Origin: Candidatus Heimdallarchaeum endolithica
GTDB taxonomy: Archaea > Asgardarchaeota > Heimdallarchaeia > Heimdallarchaeales > Heimdallarchaeaceae
Length of the DNA: 64,000 nucleotides
Assembly: GCA_021513715.1 (NCBI GenBank)
Contig: CP084167.1
Location: 3,262,784-3,326,783, forward strand
Direction: 5' to 3'
The position numbers were made by a program, and so were the translations under genes. The notes below the pieces were generated by a model. That model was given only the letters and a program-made list of their open reading frames with translations, was not told the DNA's origin and ran no database searches. This document shows, piece by piece, positions 20,640-31,122 of this stretch (positions are counted from its first letter, which is position 1; the number at the start of each line of letters is the position of its first letter).

Positions 20640-20799
20640 TTAATTCCTATCTTTTATATTTCTTTTTTTATTAATTGATATACTTGAGATTTCTCAAGAA
20701 TCAAACTATTTAGAGGTAAAAAAAATCAATTAAGTTAGCACAAATAACAGCAAAGTTAAATATGACTATCTTTGAGAATAAAGTAAGATTGGTGAGATT

Positions 20800-21756
20800 A
20801 TGTCTGAGGATGAACAAAAAACTCAAGTTGAAGAAGAGAAAACTGAGGTAGAAGAAGAAAAAGAAGAAACACCCCTAGAAATGTACCAAAAAGCAGGAAA
20901 AGTAGCTCACGAAATTCTTCAAACACTAAAAGAAATGGCTAAACCTGGCGTTAAAGCCATAGATTTAAGTGAAAAAGCAGATGCAATGATAGCTGAGGCA
21001 GGAATGAAACCAGCATTTCCTCTAAATATCGCAATAAATAATCATGCTGCTCATTACACTTGTCCTTGGGAAGATGATTTAATCCTTCAAGAGGGAGACG
21101 TTGTAAAAATCGATGTTGGTGTTCATTATAAGGGCTTTATTGCAGACACAGCTTTAACTGTTGCTTTTGATGATGTCCATAATGACTTAATTAAAGCAAG
21201 TAAAGAAGCAACTGAAACAGCTGTAAAAGTCATCCGTGTAGGAAATTACACTGGTAAATTAGGAGATTTAATCGAGAATATTATCGAAGGATACGGTTTT
21301 TCAACAGTAAAAGAATTATCAGGTCATTTACTTATGCCTTACCTTGTTCATGGTCCAAAAACTATACCAAATGTAAGTGGAAGAAAAGGTAACTTGATTT
21401 TACAAGATGAAGCCTATGCTATCGAAACATTTGCAACCACAGGAGCAGGAGAATCAAAGCCTGACAAGACAAAATTGTACATTGTGAGGCTAGCAGAAGG
21501 ACGATTTCCACTAAGAACAAGAGCTGCAAAGGATGTAAGAAATCTTTTAGATAGAGAATATCACAGAATGCCAGTAGCAACAAGATGGATATATAAAGCC
21601 TTAGGACCTGCTAAAGCAAAAATGGGTATAAGAGAATTAATTAATGTAGGTGCTTTATATCAGTATCATGTACTATCTGATACTTCTGGATCCTTTGTTT
21701 CACAACATGAGCATACTGTTTATATGACTGAGGAAGGACCAGTACAAACTACATAA
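20800..21756 (+). CDS. map: Methionine aminopeptidase type II
   Basis: AFP..AAHYT, KIDVGVH..IADTA, LSGH, AIETFATTG, SQHEHT. Confidence 0.95.
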   Translation: MSEDEQKTQVEEEKTEVEEEKEETPLEMYQKAGKVAHEILQTLKEMAKPGVKAIDLSEKADAMIAEAGMKPAFPLNIAINNHAAHYTCPWEDDLILQEGDVVKIDVGVHYKGFIADTALTVAFDDVHNDLIKASKEATETAVKVIRVGNYTGKLGDLIENIIEGYGFSTVKELSGHLLMPYLVHGPKTIPNVSGRKGNLILQDEAYAIETFATTGAGESKPDKTKLYIVRLAEGRFPLRTRAAKDVRNLLDREYHRMPVATRWIYKALGPAKAKMGIRELINVGALYQYHVLSDTSGSFVSQHEHTVYMTEEGPVQTT

Positions 21757-21892
21757 CTATTTTTTTATTTTATTATGTTTATTTTTTGTTTTCAAAGTTA
21801 GTTAATTGTTGTATCTTAATCTAAAACAAACCTTTTTTTACAAACAATAAATCTTTAATATTGAAAAGTTGTAAATGAATGTGTTGATATAA

Positions 21893-23116
21893 TTGACTCT
21901 ACAAACAAGTGATTTTAAATTTATAACTTATGAGCCATGTTTTAATAATTACGATATTATATATAGCAAATACTTGGAAGTTTATGAAGAATTCAAGAAA
22001 CTAGGAGAAGAAAATGTTAATTTTCGTGTTCTTTCTTACTTCTATGAAGGAATGCTCTATCTTATTAATGGTGATAAGTTCTTTTCAGAAAAAGAATATA
22101 AAAAAGCAAACGAGAACTATGAGGACGCGCATAAACTGATTACACGTTCTAGAGCTTCAAGAGGAATAGAAAATGATAACATTTGGCTAGAAATGGTTAA
22201 ATGGATAGCATATTGTGAATCTTATCTTAATCTTTCAAAAAGTTACCTAGTTAAGGACTTTTCTGAAAAAATAAAACTAATAAAGAAAAGCAAGGTTGCA
22301 ATAAAAGATTTTGTTGAAAAAAGAAAATCTGATGAAAACGTTATCTTAAATGTCTATGCAAAAGTAAAAGAAAATTATATCTCTTATATATATTACATAA
22401 GTTTGGCGCAAAAATATGAGAAAGATACTAGGATGCAGAAAAAAATACTACTTAAAGCGAGAAGAAAACTCCTTTTAGCTGACTTTATCCTTAATCGTTT
22501 CAGTGAAGAAATAGATGATTTAGATTTCAAAATCGATGAATTAACAAAAATACATATAGTTGAAAGAGCTGAAATGTATTGGAATAAAGGGACTTTACTA
22601 ATCTCTCAAAGCGACTTCATGAGTGCTCATAAATATCTTCTTTTAGCGTCACAATATTATGAGCGAGCAAGTAAAGTTTGTTCAGAGTTTATTGAGTTAA
22701 GGTTGTATTTAGCACTCAGTAAAATAACAGAAAGTAGTAGTCTTGAAGCAAAAGCAAATGAACTTTATAGACGTCAAGATCAACCATTGGAAGCAAGTAA
22801 GTTATTTGAAAAAGCTTATGAAGTTGTTGATGAATCCCTAGGGTTACTCGCTACAATTCATAATGAAGTTTTAATTAACAATATGACAGCTCAAAGATCA
22901 TATTATGAAGCTCTAGCACTTGAAGCAAAAGGTATCTCTCTTTTTGATGAAGAAAAATACAAAGAAGCTATAAATGTTTTTGAGCAATCTATGCAAAAAT
23001 TAAAAGAAACAGAAAGATTAGTTATAGAAGGTAGTTCAGAACATCTACAAGAATATATACGTTTAGCGAAGAATGAGATTGAAGGGTATTTATCTATGGC
23101 AAAAACCATGCTTTAA
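21893..23116 (+). CDS. All-helical TPR/SNAP-like repeat protein
   Basis: Repeated helix-pair patterns (G..FF..KEY..A...YE.A; G..LF.EEKY.EA...FE.S). Confidence 0.55.
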   Translation: MTLQTSDFKFITYEPCFNNYDIIYSKYLEVYEEFKKLGEENVNFRVLSYFYEGMLYLINGDKFFSEKEYKKANENYEDAHKLITRSRASRGIENDNIWLEMVKWIAYCESYLNLSKSYLVKDFSEKIKLIKKSKVAIKDFVEKRKSDENVILNVYAKVKENYISYIYYISLAQKYEKDTRMQKKILLKARRKLLLADFILNRFSEEIDDLDFKIDELTKIHIVERAEMYWNKGTLLISQSDFMSAHKYLLLASQYYERASKVCSEFIELRLYLALSKITESSSLEAKANELYRRQDQPLEASKLFEKAYEVVDESLGLLATIHNEVLINNMTAQRSYYEALALEAKGISLFDEEKYKEAINVFEQSMQKLKETERLVIEGSSEHLQEYIRLAKNEIEGYLSMAKTML

Positions 23117-23174
23117 TACTCAACTTTTTTTCAATCAATAATCTTTATTTATCTCAATATAAACAATAAGTGTA

Positions 23175-23870
23175 ATGTTGTTTGACGATTTTGAAATAAA
23201 GGAGTACTTAGAAAATTTTTTCTCAAAGAATCTAGCTGCTAAAGATTATCCAGAACCAGACACTGATCTTGATCATAAATTAGTGTGGAATTATAGTGAA
23301 AATGAAGATACTTTTTCAGTACCTCTTGATCCAATAAATGATCCTTACGAATACCTTGGAGTTACAGTAGGTGAGGTTTTTGCTCACCATCGTTTCAAAC
23401 CAATTGTTTGGCACTTGTATCTTTTTGGCAATAAAATAAAGAGTTTTGAATGGATTAAATTAAAAGATGGAACTGATTACCTCTTTAATGTTGGAACTTA
23501 CTCTTTTATTTCTTATATCTATGATTTTAAAAGTGGGAAAAGGTTATACAAGAACCCAATAGAAGAGATAAAATCTCAAATAGTTTCACTTAATCTTAAA
23601 CATGATATTTCTGTAAATGATGTAAATGAATTTGTAGATTATTCATTTCCTGAAAACTACAGATGGGGAGAGGTTTCTAGAAACGCTGTAATTGCTCTTA
23701 TAATTGATAATTTCAATAAAGATAAAATAAATGTTAATGTTCTCGGGTTAATTAATCGAGTTTTACACGAATATTCTAGTTATGAACCTGATCAACAACT
23801 ACTAGAAAGAGTGAAAAAAGGAGATTCACCTTTTGAACTAGGAACAATCTTTTATAATGATTTTATTTAA
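23175..23870 (+). CDS. Hypothetical protein
   Basis: 231-aa ORF; no motif recognised. Confidence 0.6.
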   Translation: MLFDDFEIKEYLENFFSKNLAAKDYPEPDTDLDHKLVWNYSENEDTFSVPLDPINDPYEYLGVTVGEVFAHHRFKPIVWHLYLFGNKIKSFEWIKLKDGTDYLFNVGTYSFISYIYDFKSGKRLYKNPIEEIKSQIVSLNLKHDISVNDVNEFVDYSFPENYRWGEVSRNAVIALIIDNFNKDKINVNVLGLINRVLHEYSSYEPDQQLLERVKKGDSPFELGTIFYNDFI

Positions 23871-23913
23871 AAAAAGAAAAAATTTAACTTATTTTAAATT
23901 CTACACCGAATCC

Positions 23914-24154
23914 TCCATGACAGTCTTCTTAACCTCTTCTTTTGTTTCCCCTCTTTTCCTCTGTCCTTTGTGCGGAAAATCCATCTTTCTTGTCCAGTGA
24001 CAAACTTTTATACTATTTTCCTATCTTCTCTTGTGGGTTGAAAGGGTTTTTCTAAAAAACTTTTGACCGATTTTAATAAGCTGAAGTTAGAATTGTTCAT
24101 ATTATTATTGTCGGGCTTTCAACCCATAACTTTTACGATAATTCGGAAGTACTA
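23914..24154 (-). mobile_element. Truncated remnant (left end plus 5' transposase) of the ISH3-type IS at 41525-42742
   Basis: Reverse complement matches about 41525-41765 with only a few substitutions and a 1-nt indel; retains left IR TAGTACTTCCGAAT (24141-24154). Confidence 0.93.
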
Positions 24155-24216
24155 CTATTAAACAAAAAATTTATTTATTTACTTACTTATTTTCACAAAT
24201 TTCTGTATGTGATTAT

Positions 24217-24783
24217 ATGAAGAGAAAAACATTGTTAAAAATTGGGTTAATTGTTGGATTGTCAGCTATTTTTTCAATAACTAACTTTTCAAACATACAA
24301 GCAGTAACATGTTTATTTGATCAAACGTTTTTCTACCACGGAAATAGAGACTTTAACTACATGACTATCGAAATGAGGATTTTAGTGTGTAGTAACCAAC
24401 ATGTGGAATGTTACGTGTCCTATTATATACCAGAAAATCAACCACCAGGTATCTGGTTTGAAAAAATAGAATTATGGGTTCGAGGACATTATTGGGAAGT
24501 TCCAGATGAACCGATTGTCCCAGCAAATGCATATGGTGTTTATCAATATGGTTATGCTGAAAGATATGGTGATCTTGAAAAATCAGTTTGGGAAAATGGT
24601 CAATTATGTCTAGATATTGTCGTTGGACTTAAGTTTCACAATGTGGGTGTAGCTCATTATGCTTCTCAAGCATTATCAATATGGAATTTTAATGGTAGAG
24701 CAATAGCATTAATTGCATTTGAAGATTTATCAATATTGTCTTATACTGAATTTGAAGGATTAAGAAAAAACGACCCCTACTGA
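24217..24783 (+). CDS. Secreted hypothetical protein
   Basis: Signal peptide MKRKTLLKIGLIVGLSAIF..IQA; aromatic-rich beta content. Confidence 0.65.
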   Translation: MKRKTLLKIGLIVGLSAIFSITNFSNIQAVTCLFDQTFFYHGNRDFNYMTIEMRILVCSNQHVECYVSYYIPENQPPGIWFEKIELWVRGHYWEVPDEPIVPANAYGVYQYGYAERYGDLEKSVWENGQLCLDIVVGLKFHNVGVAHYASQALSIWNFNGRAIALIAFEDLSILSYTEFEGLRKNDPY

Positions 24784-24865
24784 ATTTGTGAAATTAAGAA
24801 TTAACGGATAAGAAAAATCAATTTAGTAATAAATAAATAAAGGGAAGTAAAGCATTAAAAAAGAG

Positions 24866-26179
24866 ATGGAAGTTGCAAAAATGATACAGAAAACGATGAG
24901 AAAAAAAATATACTTTTTTCTATTCATAAGCTTTTTTTTACGTCTTGTCATGTTAGATGTTATAGCTGATATAGAGCATACAATTTCAAATGTAAATAAT
25001 TTTAAAGAAACTAAAATAACTTCAGAACAAACTCCACTAGTTTTCCATATTCTCTCTCCAACTAATGGACGTACCTACGATAATAAAGTGAAAGTTAGTT
25101 ACTTTCTTGATCCACTAGATGCAAATGTGACTTTTTGGTTAAACGACACTCTTCTCTCTGTTTCTAATAATTCATATATTTCTCTTTCTATTAGAGGTGT
25201 ATATAACTTAACTGGTATTGCATCTTATGGTGATAATAATGTTAGTCAAACTGTCTTATTTGTTTTTCTAGTTCCTTTAGACGCAAAATTTAAAGTAACT
25301 AATCCTCCTCCCTATCCTATATATGGTTCTAATAAGAATACGAAGTATTATGTATTTGCTCCTAATGATACTATCTCCCTCCTAGTGAACTTTTCAGAGT
25401 TCAGCAAAAATTTTACAATAGAGTTGAAAGTATGGAATTTGACACAGGTAGAAAATGAAACATGGATGTATAAACATACTTATGAAAGATTTACTTTAAC
25501 TTCTGCAAATTATACTTGGCTGAATCAATCAACAATAAATCTCTTTATTGAACCTATTTTTTCAAATTATACTTTACCTCCTATCATTGATGAGAATGAT
25601 CCTAGATATTATAGCCCTGACTTTCCGCCAGAGGATGGATATAGTTATTATTCTATTATGTTCCAAATGTGGTCATCTATAAATTCTGACTATCTTAACT
25701 CTACTTATTATTTTGGAAGAGATTATTATAGTCCTGTTGTCCAAATACTCGATGCTTATAGTTTTAGCGGCTTTTTAAGTGAACCACAAAAGGGTGTAGT
25801 TTACCCTCACATAGCTATTTTTGACAGTTCTGATATCTTGCTTAACAAAACGGTTATACTTCTTGATGGTCAAAAAATCGCAGATGGTGAGGATTTTTAT
25901 CGTATCATTAATGGTGACTACAGAATCGATCTGTTGCTTGATACTACTCTCTATACTAATGGACAGCATAATCTCACTATATTAACAAGCGATATTTATC
26001 ACCATTCTACCGTCCAAACATTTCTTTTTATTATTTATAATCCTCTTGAAACAACTAACTCTCCTCTTCAAACAACTAGCACTCCTTACTTTCCCTTTAT
26101 TGGAATAATTTCTACTTTAGTTTTATATACTATACTACGTTCTCGAAGAAAAAGACAAGATCTTTCTTCTAACCCTTAA
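24866..26179 (+). CDS. Cell-surface glycoprotein with Ig-like domains and C-terminal membrane anchor
   Basis: Signal peptide; ILSPTNGRTY and LDTTLYTNGQHNLTI Ig-like motifs; many sequons; Thr-rich linker, TPYFPF, TM, RSRRKR tail. Confidence 0.75.
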   Translation: MEVAKMIQKTMRKKIYFFLFISFFLRLVMLDVIADIEHTISNVNNFKETKITSEQTPLVFHILSPTNGRTYDNKVKVSYFLDPLDANVTFWLNDTLLSVSNNSYISLSIRGVYNLTGIASYGDNNVSQTVLFVFLVPLDAKFKVTNPPPYPIYGSNKNTKYYVFAPNDTISLLVNFSEFSKNFTIELKVWNLTQVENETWMYKHTYERFTLTSANYTWLNQSTINLFIEPIFSNYTLPPIIDENDPRYYSPDFPPEDGYSYYSIMFQMWSSINSDYLNSTYYFGRDYYSPVVQILDAYSFSGFLSEPQKGVVYPHIAIFDSSDILLNKTVILLDGQKIADGEDFYRIINGDYRIDLLLDTTLYTNGQHNLTILTSDIYHHSTVQTFLFIIYNPLETTNSPLQTTSTPYFPFIGIISTLVLYTILRSRRKRQDLSSNP

Positions 26180-26435
26180 CTCCTCTTACTTTTTTACTAT
26201 CTGATTTTTTTTGTAAAATGAACTTGTTTTTCGTCTCAATCTACTAAAAGGATATTTTTTCTAGTTTCTACAGTAGATTTGTTATCAACCTTCTTGTCGA
26301 GTTCAATGAACATTTAATTTATTTTAGTTTAGCTCTTTCTTCTGAATAACTAAAATGAGATTTAAATTTATGTTTAGATATTGATAAGAATTGAGTTGAT
26401 GTAAATTAAAAAAGAAATTAGAAAGGAATGAAAAA

Positions 26436-27410
26436 TTATTTTATCTTTTCTTTTAGAATAGGAAGAATTTGATGAAGATCTCCTACTATTCCGTAGTCAC
26501 AATATTTGAATATAGAAGCTCTTTCGTCAGTATTTATTGCTATCAAAGTTTTAGCCTTAACTCCACAGATATGTTGAGGCGCTCCACTAATTCCAGCAGC
26601 AATGTATAAATCAGGAGAAACTGACTGACCAGTTTGGCCTATTTCATAAGTTTCTTCTATCCAATGTAGATCTGTGCAAGCTCTTGTTGCGCCCATTTCT
26701 CCTCCAAGCAAATCAGCTAGTTCTTTAATTATAGCGAATTTTTCTTTTCCACCTACTCCTCTTCCTCCAGCAACAATTATCTTTGCATCTTTAAGATTAA
26801 CTGTCTTCTTCGCTTTAAGAATCTCTACACTTTTAACAATTCTATCTTTATCATCGAATGAAACAGTTATTTTTTCTACTTCTGGCTCTTGTCCTTTAGG
26901 ATTCTCATCTATGAAGAAAGCACCCGCGCGAGTTGTGATGAATATTTTTTTTCCTATAGATTTCATTTTTACCATAGCTTGATCGTCTCTAACTGGAGTA
27001 ATAGCTATAAGTTCATCACCCTCTAAGATCAAGTCTGTTACTCTTTCAAGACAAGTAGTGTTATAATGAACAGCTAATCTGGGAATGAGGTCTTCTACAT
27101 TAACTAGTCCTCCACCAATAACTACTTTAGGGTCAGCAGTTTTGATAATCTCTAACATGGTTTTTACATAAGCTCGAGAAAGATAAGTAGTCAATTCTGG
27201 AGCTTCTACTACAAAGACTTTTTTAGCTCCATGTTTACCTAAAGTGGAAATCCATTCATCTTTTGCTTGTTCACAAAGTAGGGCAGCAGAGACATCTCCT
27301 AAATGTGTGAAGTTTTTTACTTTGTTCAGAACTCCTAAAACGTTTTCTTCTATTTCTCCATCCCTGATTAAAGCAAAAACAAGTATTTCAGTCATTTTAT
27401 GCACCTCCAA
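26436..27410 (-). CDS. etfA: Electron transfer flavoprotein alpha subunit
   Basis: IVAGGRG, GATRA, IGQTGQSVSPDLYIAAGISGAPQH, AINTD. Confidence 0.95.
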   Translation of the reverse strand: MEVHKMTEILVFALIRDGEIEENVLGVLNKVKNFTHLGDVSAALLCEQAKDEWISTLGKHGAKKVFVVEAPELTTYLSRAYVKTMLEIIKTADPKVVIGGGLVNVEDLIPRLAVHYNTTCLERVTDLILEGDELIAITPVRDDQAMVKMKSIGKKIFITTRAGAFFIDENPKGQEPEVEKITVSFDDKDRIVKSVEILKAKKTVNLKDAKIIVAGGRGVGGKEKFAIIKELADLLGGEMGATRACTDLHWIEETYEIGQTGQSVSPDLYIAAGISGAPQHICGVKAKTLIAINTDERASIFKYCDYGIVGDLHQILPILKEKIK

Positions 27411-28212
27411 GTTTTATACCGTCTTCTTTCATCTTCTCAAGAAGCTTATTTACCATTTCCTCAGGTTCGCCTTCTGAAATAATGAAGCTTTCTTTCTCAA
27501 TAACAATATTCTCTAGTGAAACAACCTTTAGATCAGAACTATCTTTTCCTATATCACTAGCTGAAAGACCTAGATCTTCAAGTGTCCATGTTGGAATTTG
27601 AGCTCTTTTCGACATCATAATCCCTCGCATTGAGGTATAACGAGGAATAAAATATTCAGAGTCAGAAATGCTGAACAAAGATTGGCCTAAAGGAACTTGA
27701 ACAATTTCTTTTCCTCCTTCTAGCACTCTAGAAACAATAAAGGCATTATCCTTCTTTTCAAGTTTTTCAACGTAAAGAACAGAAGGAATGTCTAAAAGCT
27801 CTGCAAGCATAGGTGCTTCAGCGTAGGAAGAAGTAGGCATTACTTGTCCACCAATCATGACTAAATCATATTCCCCAATTTTCTCAAGGATTTTCTGATA
27901 AACTTTAGCCATAGTAAAAGGGTCATGACTAAAAATCTCTTTAGAATTGACAACAATTCCAGAGTTACAACCCATGGCTATTGCTTCTCTAACTGCTTTC
28001 TCAGGCTTCATATCTCCAACACAAACGGCTGTTACAGTTGCACTATCACTATCTTTGAATTTCAAAGCTCCTTCAATAGCGTTCTTGTCAATAGGATTGA
28101 TAATTAGATCATCAACATTGATTTTTGATTCATCAAAATAGTCTATTCCCTCAAGATTGACCTGAGGATCAAGAATTTGACGTATAAACACAACGATATT
28201 CATATTAATCAA
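27397..28212 (-). CDS. etfB: Electron transfer flavoprotein beta subunit
   Basis: INPIDKNAIE, REAIAMG, PRYTSMRGIM; overlaps etfA. Confidence 0.93.
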   Translation of the reverse strand: MINMNIVVFIRQILDPQVNLEGIDYFDESKINVDDLIINPIDKNAIEGALKFKDSDSATVTAVCVGDMKPEKAVREAIAMGCNSGIVVNSKEIFSHDPFTMAKVYQKILEKIGEYDLVMIGGQVMPTSSYAEAPMLAELLDIPSVLYVEKLEKKDNAFIVSRVLEGGKEIVQVPLGQSLFSISDSEYFIPRYTSMRGIMMSKRAQIPTWTLEDLGLSASDIGKDSSDLKVVSLENIVIEKESFIISEGEPEEMVNKLLEKMKEDGIKLGGA

Positions 28213-28434
28213 AAAATGAACAAATAAGAATTACAAAAATCTTTCTCTCTGTTATTTTCAACAATGAGAAAAAAAAAAGACATCTCTGGGCTGAAGAATC
28301 CCTTTTATAATAATTTAACAGTTGGCAATAAATATTTCATATTATTAAAATCATTTTTTCTCCTTTCTTTCAGTATTCTGTTAGAGATATTTAGTAAATC
28401 TTTTTAAATAGAAAGAATAGTTTTCTCAGATTTT

Positions 28435-29490
28435 ATGAACATTGATAGAAATGAAATAATAAAGATGCAAGAGAAATTAAGCAATCTTATTGGTTGCCCA
28501 GGGTATGAAGAAGAAGTTGCAGAGTTTATATTATCACAATTAAATGATTACGTAGATCGAGCTTGGATTGACCCTCTTGGTAACGTATTAGCTATAAAGA
28601 AAGGAACAGTAGAAAATGGTATGAAAATTCTTTTAGATGCTCATATGGATGAAGTAGGATTTATGATTTCACATATTGAAGAAAAAGGATTTTTAAGAAT
28701 AACTCCACTTGGTGGAATAGATAAAAGAGTGATGCTTGGCACTCTACTTCAATTTCAGACAGATAACAATGAAAAAATAATTGGAATAGTAGGTTCTCAT
28801 CCTCCTCACATTACAAAAAGTGAAGAAAGAGAAAGCGTTCCTGAAATATCAGAAATGTTTGTTGACATTGGTTGTCAATCGAGAGAAGAAGTATTGGCAA
28901 AAGGGTTACATGTAGGGAGTGTTGGAACTTTCTATACAAAATTTGAACAATTAGATGATGAAACTGTAATAGGTAAAGCTTTTGATGATAGAACAGCTTG
29001 TAATGTTTTATTACAAGTTTTAAAAGCTCTTAAAGATGTTGAGCATTCCCATACCATTTTAGCTGTTTTTGCAGTGCAAGAAGAAGTAGGAGGAAGGGGA
29101 GCAACAGTTGGAGCTTTTGAACTTCAACCTACAATAGCTTTAGCTTTAGAAAATACCATCGCAAGTGACGTGGTAGGCGTGCCACCTAACAAGGTAGTTA
29201 CAAGTATTGGAAATGGACCTGCTGTAACAGCGGCTGATAGATCACTTATAACACCAAAAAAGGTACTAAATCGTATTAATCAGGCTGCAGAAAAAGATAA
29301 CATAAAAACTCAGTATAAAATGCCCATTTTTGGAGGGTCAGATGGAGGAAGAATAGCTATCACTCGTTCTGGAGTACCTACAGGTGTAGTTAGCGTTCCC
29401 TGTCGATATATTCACGGGCCTGTTGCCATATTAAAAATAAAAGATATAGCAGAAACTATAAAACTAGTTTACAACTTTTGCATAATTTAA
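28435..29490 (+). CDS. M42 family (TET-type) aminopeptidase
   Basis: AHMDEVG, KAFDDR, VQEEVG, GGSDG, RYIH. Confidence 0.93.
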   Translation: MNIDRNEIIKMQEKLSNLIGCPGYEEEVAEFILSQLNDYVDRAWIDPLGNVLAIKKGTVENGMKILLDAHMDEVGFMISHIEEKGFLRITPLGGIDKRVMLGTLLQFQTDNNEKIIGIVGSHPPHITKSEERESVPEISEMFVDIGCQSREEVLAKGLHVGSVGTFYTKFEQLDDETVIGKAFDDRTACNVLLQVLKALKDVEHSHTILAVFAVQEEVGGRGATVGAFELQPTIALALENTIASDVVGVPPNKVVTSIGNGPAVTAADRSLITPKKVLNRINQAAEKDNIKTQYKMPIFGGSDGGRIAITRSGVPTGVVSVPCRYIHGPVAILKIKDIAETIKLVYNFCII

Positions 29491-29520
29491 AAAAAGTAAA
29501 AATTTCTTTTTCTTTTTTCC

Positions 29521-30099
29521 TTATTTATACAATTCTAAATATTCATCAATCAGGATATCCATTAGAATTATGTCATAGTATTTGCCTTCATAAAAGCGAG
29601 CCTTTCTCCTTCTACCAATGTGTTTGAAACCTAATTTCTCATAAACATGGACAGCTCGTTGATTAAATTCAAAAACCTCGAGTTCTATTCTGTTTAAGTT
29701 GAGAATAAGAAAACCAAATTTCAAGATACATCTTGTAGCATCGGAGCCATATCCTTTGTTATGATTAGCAGGATTGTGAATAGCTATTCCAAAAACACAA
29801 GTCCTATTTATCCAATCAACATTCATTAAAGAAACGCTACCAAGAAATTCATTTTTTTCCTTCTCGACAATAGCAAAAGTGAATGATAAACGACGATTAG
29901 CATCACGATAGATGCTTTGAATCCACTCTTCCTCTTGTGTTGAACTGTGTGGAATAGGATGACCAAGGTATTGCCTTGTTTCATAAGTATTCCAATGTTT
30001 CATTATATCTTTAAGATCTGATTTTTCAACAGGTCTAAGTAAAACTTTTTCACCAATAAATGGAGAACCAAAGTCTTTTGAAATTGACATAATAATCAT
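29521..30099 (-). CDS. GNAT acetyltransferase (RimJ/RimL/SpeG-like)
   Basis: LRPVEKSD, NKGYGSDA, NQRAVHVYEKLGF. Confidence 0.9.
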   Translation of the reverse strand: MIIMSISKDFGSPFIGEKVLLRPVEKSDLKDIMKHWNTYETRQYLGHPIPHSSTQEEEWIQSIYRDANRRLSFTFAIVEKEKNEFLGSVSLMNVDWINRTCVFGIAIHNPANHNKGYGSDATRCILKFGFLILNLNRIELEVFEFNQRAVHVYEKLGFKHIGRRRKARFYEGKYYDIILMDILIDEYLELYK

Positions 30100-30182
30100 A
30101 AATTGTTCAAAGTTTAAAAATTTGTCTAATCAAACCTTGTTTCTATAATATTCAGTTCAAAAAAAGAAAAAAAGAAAGAAGG

Positions 30183-30980
30183 TTATTTGATATGAGCTGG
30201 TCTATATCCTGCATGTGCTAGAATACTTGTTGCTTTACCAATGTTGTAATAGTAGTCAGGTAAGAATGTGTCGTGATAGGATGAATATGCAAACAAATGT
30301 GAACTTGGGTGAATTTCAAATTCAATGTGATTTCCTATAACATCAATAATTAAATCTAAATCAGTAAGATACATTAGTGCTTTCCGTACAGCTTTATCTT
30401 GTATTTTTTCACAATTGAATATGTAGTGAAAAGTGTATAAATCTTGTCTATTTTCTTCTGTCTCTCTAATATACCAAAGAAATGTTGGTATGTATAGTTC
30501 ATCGTATAATAGGAATTCAATTTCGTGGAAAATAGGCAAAAGTTCATTGTCTGATGCTTCATTATTGTATAAACTCCAGAGTTCTTCAATTAACGAACTA
30601 AATTCTTCGTTGTTAGTATAAAGTAAGTCTTTAAGGAATAAAAGTGTTTCAAGAATACTATCCCAGGTATCCGAATATGAGCCAACTAGACCGATGTACA
30701 AAACTGCTTCGTAATCTCCTGCAAATATCCTAGTTGCAACAGTGTAAAAGTCTTGAACAACAAGATTCAATCTAATTCCGCACTTAGCTGCATCTCTTTC
30801 AATTTGGTCAAAAGCAAGGTACAAGTCCCTTCCAGTATAATAAGAATCAGCGATTAGTACTTCTATTTCTGGAGGAAGAGGCCTTCTAGCCGCACTAGTT
30901 GTAGAGGATATAAACACTAAAATCAATAATAATCCACATATTTTAGCTATTTGCTTTTTCGTGTGAATCGTATATATCAA
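30183..30980 (-). CDS. Secreted protein related to one lobe of family-5 (Opp/Dpp) solute-binding proteins, apparently circularly permuted
   Basis: Signal peptide; IERDAAKCGIRLNL..GDYEA..EIEFLLYDELYIP precedes FN..DKAVRKALMYLTD..YNIGKATSILAHAG. Confidence 0.6.
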   Translation of the reverse strand: MIYTIHTKKQIAKICGLLLILVFISSTTSAARRPLPPEIEVLIADSYYTGRDLYLAFDQIERDAAKCGIRLNLVVQDFYTVATRIFAGDYEAVLYIGLVGSYSDTWDSILETLLFLKDLLYTNNEEFSSLIEELWSLYNNEASDNELLPIFHEIEFLLYDELYIPTFLWYIRETEENRQDLYTFHYIFNCEKIQDKAVRKALMYLTDLDLIIDVIGNHIEFEIHPSSHLFAYSSYHDTFLPDYYYNIGKATSILAHAGYRPAHIK

Positions 30981-31122
30981 GTTTATATACTATTTAAATA
31001 TTGTTGAGGTTAAAACGCTGTTATTCAGTAAAATATATATAGATTTTTGAGATAAACATATTTTCTGAAAATAATTTTTTTGATTAAGGAAAAAAGATAG
31101 TACAAAACTAAATTTATGTCGA

